Positions 59,279 through 64,000 of a stretch of DNA of 64,000 nt are shown here, piece after piece. Position 1 is the stretch's first letter. Each line of letters opens with the position of its first letter. The notes below the pieces were generated by a model. It was not told the DNA's origin and made no database searches. It was given only the letters and a program-made list of their open reading frames with translations. The position numbers were made by a program, and so were the translations under genes. Where the stretch lies: contig CAWFOU010000001.1 of NCBI GenBank assembly GCA_963817525.1, forward strand, positions 256,001 through 320,000. Direction: 5' to 3'. The DNA is from an uncultured archaeon (lineage in GTDB: Archaea > Thermoproteota > Nitrososphaeria > Nitrososphaerales > Gagatemarchaeaceae).

Positions 59279-60421
59279 TCAGCGGGCGGACTGACTCACC
59301 GCGGCGAGCACCTCGCTATACGCAGCGTCCGTCTTCAATCCGGACGACCCGAAGGGCTGTCGCATCGCCGACCTCCCCGCCGCCTCCAGCGCGTCGACGA
59401 CCCTCTCGAACCTGACCGAGGAGATCCTCTCCCTCGAGGTTATCGCCTCCAAGGAGTATCCGAAGGGGGGGAAGGCGTCCACGCCCTCGAGCGCCCCGAG
59501 GGCCTCGGCGGCGCCCTCCCAGCCGAGCTTCGAGCTCTGCTTCGAGGCCTCCCCGACCACGTCTTCGTCGACGAGCCTCCCGATCCACTGGGGCCCGACA
59601 CACCTGGCCTTCCCGCCGCACCCCGCACAGACCGCGGTGAACTCCGCCACGACGGAGTTCTCGTGGCACGCTGTGCAGGATGCCACGTAGCCCACCTCCC
59701 TGAGGCAGCGGTCGGACTTTTCCGCGCCCCTCAGCACCCGAAAGTAGACCCGGAGGTAGTGGAGCGTGGCGTGGGCCGCGACGGGCGCCACGCCCGTGTC
59801 GACGACCCCACCGACGCGCGCGCAGAATCCGAAGAGGACGCGTATTGCCGCCTCGTGGGGAAACTCAGTCTTGACCACCTTTGCACCATATCGCCTCACG
59901 GCCACGGTGGGGAAGACCCCGCACAGGGTGGCCGTGTCCGTGGCGGTCAACGAGACCATCGCCCCGTCGTCTGCCGCGGCGAGCGCCCCCTGCACGTAGG
60001 GGGCGGGGGTCCCGAAGGGGTCGACGTCGACCGCCCCGAACCTCTCCAGCCGCCCGAACCTGGAGTGGAGGTACGCGTTAGCCTCCTCGTGGACGACCTC
60101 GCACCTGGACTCCACGCCGTTCTTCTTAGCGTTCTTCCGGGCCACCCGGAGGGACGTTTCGTTGAACTCCACCAGCGTCACCTCCGTCCGCCTCGAGCAC
60201 TCGTTGGCGATGCGCACCCCCCTCGCGCCTACCCCCGCGAGCGCGTCGAGGAAGGTGCGCGGACGGGTCGCCCTCGCGATCGCCACCGAGACGTCGCGGT
60301 TCACCCTCGCCGCCGGGTTGAAGAACGCGGGGAACGTCTTGGGCTCCTTGGCCTTGAGGCTCTCCTCGGGGACGAAGAGGTCGGTCGAGCCCTCCCGTGC
60401 GAGGGCCAGCTTCAGGGGCAC
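59279..60421 (-). CDS. trm1: tRNA (guanine-26-N2)-dimethyltransferase
   Basis: FFNP..NRDVS, DALAGVGARGVR, DVDPFGTPAPY, TATD, GPQWIG and KTDA. GTG start is inferred. Confidence 0.93.
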   Translation of the reverse strand: MPLKLALAREGSTDLFVPEESLKAKEPKTFPAFFNPAARVNRDVSVAIARATRPRTFLDALAGVGARGVRIANECSRRTEVTLVEFNETSLRVARKNAKKNGVESRCEVVHEEANAYLHSRFGRLERFGAVDVDPFGTPAPYVQGALAAADDGAMVSLTATDTATLCGVFPTVAVRRYGAKVVKTEFPHEAAIRVLFGFCARVGGVVDTGVAPVAAHATLHYLRVYFRVLRGAEKSDRCLREVGYVASCTACHENSVVAEFTAVCAGCGGKARCVGPQWIGRLVDEDVVGEASKQSSKLGWEGAAEALGALEGVDAFPPFGYSLEAITSRERISSVRFERVVDALEAAGRSAMRQPFGSSGLKTDAAYSEVLAAVSQSAR

Positions 60422-60451
60422 GGGGGCCCGACCTCGCGACGAAGCATTTAA

Positions 60452-61819
60452 CACGTCAGGGGAAATCCCAGGTGCTTCAGCCCTGGGATGAATGAAAGCG
60501 AGGCGCTTTTATACGAAAAGAGACATCTCCGGGCAGATGCCTTCCGCGCTGCGCTTCCGTCTCTATCCGTCGCGCAAGCAGGAGGAGAGGATGCTGCGCT
60601 CGCTCGCGTCGTGCCGAAGTCTCTGGAACGACGCCCTGGCGCACCGGAGAAGCAGATGGCAGGACAAGCGCATATCAACATCGTACGACCTCCAGCAATG
60701 GATCCTGACCGAGGAGCGGCACCTGGATCCCGAGCTCGGAACTCTCTACTCTCAAGTTGGTCAGGATGTCCTCCATCGCCTCGACAGGGCGTTCAAAGGC
60801 TTCTTCAATCACCAATCAGGATATCCGAAGTTTAAGAAGTTCTCGACTAGTGGCTCGTTCACGTACCCGCAGGCGTACAACGGGTCGGTCAAGCCCGACG
60901 TTCGAAGAAGCCGCTTGTACGTCTCGAAGATCGGCAACATCCCGGCTGTCTTCCATCGTCAGCTTCCCAAGGCCTCTAGGATGAAGACGTGCACGCTGAC
61001 CAGAGAGCCAGACGGCAAGTGGTTCGCGTCGATGGTCTTCGAGGAGGTCGTCCCGCTGCAGGATCTGTCGGGACAGGTTACCGTGATTCCAAGCAAGCCG
61101 GTCGGGGTGGACCTTGGCCTCCTCTCGCTCATCGTCACCTCCGACGGCGAGGGCGTCGAGCATCCGCGCTTCCTCCGCAAGTCAGAGAAGCGGCTGAAGC
61201 GCCTCCAGCGCGTCTTCTCCCACAAGAAGAAGGGCTCTAAGAACAGGTCCAAGGCACGACAGCGCGTCGCGTCCCAGCACGCGAAGGTCGGACGCCAGCG
61301 CCTCGACTTCAACCACAAGCTCTCTTCGAATCTCGTCAAACGGCACGATTTCATCGCGTTCGAGGACCTTCGCATAGAGAACATGGTCAAGAACCACAGG
61401 CTGGCCAAATCGATCCAGGACGCGGCTTGGGGTCAGCTCATTACATTGACAGAGTACAAGACCCTGAAGGTCGGCTCACGCATCGTCAAGGTCCCTCCAG
61501 CCTATACGACCCAGGAGTGCATGTACTGCGGCGCGCTCAACAAGATCTCTCTCGACGTACGAGAGTTCGGTTGCATCGGCTGCGGTCGCCACCTATATCG
61601 CGACCACAACGCCGCAAACGTGGTGCTGAAGCGCGGCCTGGCCATCGCGGGCCTTGTCGTCGCATCGAAGGTAGGGCAGGTCATGCCCGATCTCAAGCCT
61701 ATGGAGACCAGGCCCCTGTTCCTTCAGACAACTGGGAGAGCAAGCAAGGTCAATGAAGCAGGAACTATACGCCCGCAAGGGCTGGAAGCCCACGGCCTCC
61801 AGCCGTGAGAGGATGTCAC
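60452..61819 (+). mobile_element. IS200/IS605-family, tnpB-only (IS1341-like) insertion sequence
   Basis: TTTAA immediately to the left (60447-60451); left-end hairpin TCCCAGG-TGCTTCAGC-CCTGGGA; right end GAAGCCCACGGCCTCCAGCCGTGAGAGGATGTCAC ending in TCAC; no tnpA. Confidence 0.85.
60537..61808 (+). CDS. tnpB: TnpB RNA-guided endonuclease
   Basis: LRFRLYP N-terminus, GYPKFK, RuvC-I VGVDLG, RuvC-II FEDL, CMYCG/CIGCG zinc finger and RuvC-III RDHNAA. Confidence 0.96.
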   Translation: MPSALRFRLYPSRKQEERMLRSLASCRSLWNDALAHRRSRWQDKRISTSYDLQQWILTEERHLDPELGTLYSQVGQDVLHRLDRAFKGFFNHQSGYPKFKKFSTSGSFTYPQAYNGSVKPDVRRSRLYVSKIGNIPAVFHRQLPKASRMKTCTLTREPDGKWFASMVFEEVVPLQDLSGQVTVIPSKPVGVDLGLLSLIVTSDGEGVEHPRFLRKSEKRLKRLQRVFSHKKKGSKNRSKARQRVASQHAKVGRQRLDFNHKLSSNLVKRHDFIAFEDLRIENMVKNHRLAKSIQDAAWGQLITLTEYKTLKVGSRIVKVPPAYTTQECMYCGALNKISLDVREFGCIGCGRHLYRDHNAANVVLKRGLAIAGLVVASKVGQVMPDLKPMETRPLFLQTTGRASKVNEAGTIRPQGLEAHGLQP

Positions 61820-61846
61820 GCGGAGTCGGAGGGGTTCGAGTCTAAC

Positions 61847-62395
61847 TTGGCCTCACCTCGCACGCGGCTGTGGCTGGTCACCGGCCCCCCCGGGATAGGC
61901 AAGTCCACGCTCGTCTCCAAGGTGGTCTTCGCGGTCAGGTCGAAGGGGCTCGGGGTCGGGGGCTGCCTCACGCGGGAGGTGCGGAAGGGCCGGGAGCGGA
62001 CGGGCTTCCGGCTGATCGACCTGCTCAGCGGGAACGAGGCGGAGCTGGCCTCGGTCGGCGGGCTAGGCCCGCGGGTGGGCAAATACCGAGTCAACATCAC
62101 GAACCTCTCCTCGCTGGGGGCGGGGTCCCTCCTCCGCGCCGCGGAGGTAGCGGACCTCATTGTCATCGACGAGGTAGGCCCGATGGAGCTCACGAGCCCC
62201 GAGTTCAGGAAGGGGGTGAAGGCCTGCCTCGCTTCCGGCAAGCCGATGCTCGTCGTTCTGCACGAGAGCATGAAGGACCCGCTCATGACGGAGATCACCG
62301 AGCAGCCGGACAAGGAGTTCGTCGAGCTTACCCTCCACAACAGGGAGGGGGTCTCCCAGCAGCTCCCCGAGCAGATTGCCTTAAGCCTCGGATAG
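61847..62395 (+). CDS. Nucleoside-triphosphatase (NTPase_1/THEP1 family)
   Basis: VTGPPGIGKST, GGCLTREVR..RTGF, VGKYRV and IVIDEVGPME. Confidence 0.93.
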   Translation: MASPRTRLWLVTGPPGIGKSTLVSKVVFAVRSKGLGVGGCLTREVRKGRERTGFRLIDLLSGNEAELASVGGLGPRVGKYRVNITNLSSLGAGSLLRAAEVADLIVIDEVGPMELTSPEFRKGVKACLASGKPMLVVLHESMKDPLMTEITEQPDKEFVELTLHNREGVSQQLPEQIALSLG

Positions 62396-62516
62396 TAGGA
62401 GCCTAGCAGGCATGCGTCTCGGCGGCGTGGCCTTGTCTATTGTGACTTCCCGCACCTGACATCTGCGCTGAAATAGGTCTCGCCATTCTCCATTTACGAA
62501 AACCTCAGGCCAAGAC

Positions 62517-63516
62517 TTGGCGCAGACAGTAGGACTCTGGCTGGCAGAAGGTGACCACAAAACGCTCCGCGAGGTTACATTCACCAACAATGACCCGAAA
62601 CTCATTTCCTTTTTTCACCTTGTTCTTTGGAAATACTTCAGGCCACGCAACCCCGCGAGAATCTATGTGTATTGGCCGTCTGAGGACATCACTTTCCAAC
62701 GGTCTGTCCCGGGTGCGGTCTACAGGATTTATGTTGACCGTCGGGCCAACACGCCCTATTACATTTACAGAGTGTCTGGAGTTGAATTGGTGAGAGTCTG
62801 GAGAAGGACGGAGCGGGCGATATGCGCTGAACCGAGAAATTATCGAGGAATACTTCAGGGTTTTTTCGCCGGCGAGGGCAACGTCAAGGACATCGTCGGC
62901 CACCATTCCAGAGTCCTCAGAATCGCTCAAGGCAAGAGACTCGGTCTTCTTGAGCGGATTTTGCGCTCTTTCGATGTGAGCTTCACTTACGAACCTTCGG
63001 AAAGAGCCTATGTAATTTCGGGACGAGAGAATCTAGAGAAGTTATGGAGAATCAGCATAAGCGAACTGCATTCGAAGAAACAGGCAAGATTTACAGCCAT
63101 GATGTCCTCGTACCAACAGTATCATTACGGGCGTCAGTTTCTCGGTCCCCGAATTTCAGAGATTCTCTCTTCCCCGCTGACCACTACCGAAGTTGCCGAC
63201 AGAGTCGAGGTAAATCAAGGGTTAGTCAGGTCCTGACCGCGCTCAACCGGAATGGTGAGGTCGAAATGTTCAAGGTAAGAAGCTCGTGCTACTGGATTAG
63301 GAGCGACCAACGATGCGTGATAATTTCCAACGAGAAGTCCAAAATCCTCAAATTGCTTTCTTCCCCTCTCCGAACATGCGAGATCGCCCGGCGTGTTGCT
63401 CGGACGGAAAAGTCGGTTTCGAAAAGACTAGCAGAGTTGATAGGCTCGGACTGGTTGAGAGAGCAAACTCTAATTGGCGAGCAATCGAGGTATCAAAGCG
63501 GGTGATTGTCAAATAA
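62517..63516 (+). pseudogene. Free-standing double-motif LAGLIDADG endonuclease-like protein with two C-terminal wHTH domains; two frameshifts (near 63206 and 63439)
   Basis: Motifs LAQTVGLWLAEG and ILQGFFAGEG, FTNNDPKLI. Joined frames give PLTTTEVADRV..KSRVSQVLTAL and PLRTCEIARRVARTEKSVSKRLAEL.RLGLVER. Markedly more AT-rich than the flanks. Confidence 0.75.
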
Positions 63517-64000
63517 AGCTCATCGCTGGGGTCGATGAGGCCGGGAGAGAGCGCGACGAAAAGTCGCCTCCCCGCGAGGTTGTGTACTCGGCCCCCTCGC
63601 GGTCGCCGGCGTCTCGATAGAATCGTCGAGATTGGAGGAGCTCGCCGAGCTCGGCGTCAAGGACTCGAAGATGCTCTCGCCAGAGCAGCGGGAGGCGATG
63701 TACCCCGAGATCCTGAGGATCTGCGACCGCGTGGAGGTCTCTCGCATCCCGCCGAAGATGATAGACCGCTACGTCAGCAGGGGGAAGAAGTACAGGCGCC
63801 TCAACTATCTCGAGACCATCCACATGGCGAAGGTAATCGACGCGCTGGGGGTCGACGAGGTCTTCGTGGACGCCCCGGACGTCAACCCGGTGAGGTTCAA
63901 GGCGGAGCTTGAGGAGCTGCTTTCGTGCAGGCCGAGGATAGTCGCCGAGCACAAGGCGGACGTGAACTACGCCGTCGTCTCCGCCGCGTCGATCGTCGCG
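63513..64000 (+). CDS. rnhB: Ribonuclease HII, interrupted by a 29-nt intron and 3'-truncated by the window edge
   Basis: Spliced product (M)KLIAGVDEAGRGCVLGPLAVAGV...GVKDSKML...LNYLE...VFVDAPD...EHKADVNYAVVSAASIVA contains the RNase HII motifs. Confidence 0.93.
63548..63576 (+). other. Putative bulge-helix-bulge mini-intron in rnhB
   Basis: 4-bp helix CGGG(63542-45)/CCCG(63571-74) with 3-nt bulges AGA(63546-48) and CGA(63575-77) and an internal hairpin. Removal restores both the frame and DEAGRG. Confidence 0.85.

Noticed and set aside
62412-62516. In-frame TGA codons upstream of the LAGLIDADG ORF as selenocysteine or recoding
   Set aside because: No supporting motif context or SECIS seen; decay or indels are simpler explanations.
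1-64000. tRNA or rRNA genes and integrases
   Set aside because: None recognised by eye; a covariance-model scan is needed to exclude small RNAs.

Overview
High-GC archaeal chromosome segment. Gene content (RadA plus a paralog, TFB, a TFE-beta/C34-like factor, Gar1, SRP19, eS8, Lsm, Rio2, archaeal MAT, Trm1, SMC-ScpA-ScpB) and frequent TTG/GTG starts suggest a non-ammonia-oxidising Nitrososphaerota/TACK lineage; this is inference. Most of the window is housekeeping, with sugar ABC genes and a 13-kb acyl-CoA catabolic cluster. The best candidate for a new system is at the right end. The RNase HII gene, which the ORF track misses, carries a 29-nt frame-breaking insert in its catalytic DEAGRG motif. 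The insert folds into a bulge-helix-bulge (BHB) intron whose predicted splicing restores the motif exactly. Directly upstream lies a low-GC, free-standing double-LAGLIDADG gene with winged-helix domains, which suggests a homing endonuclease/mini-intron partnership. Other notable items: a tnpB-only IS inserted at a TTTAA that appears to be the TATA box of a divergent promoter; eL22-like and EMC6-like proteins; a J-like domain lacking HPD; two small islets bounded by duplicated sequence; possible ATA start codons; and several frameshifts at G runs that may be assembly errors. All product calls come from motif recognition by eye; no database searches were run.
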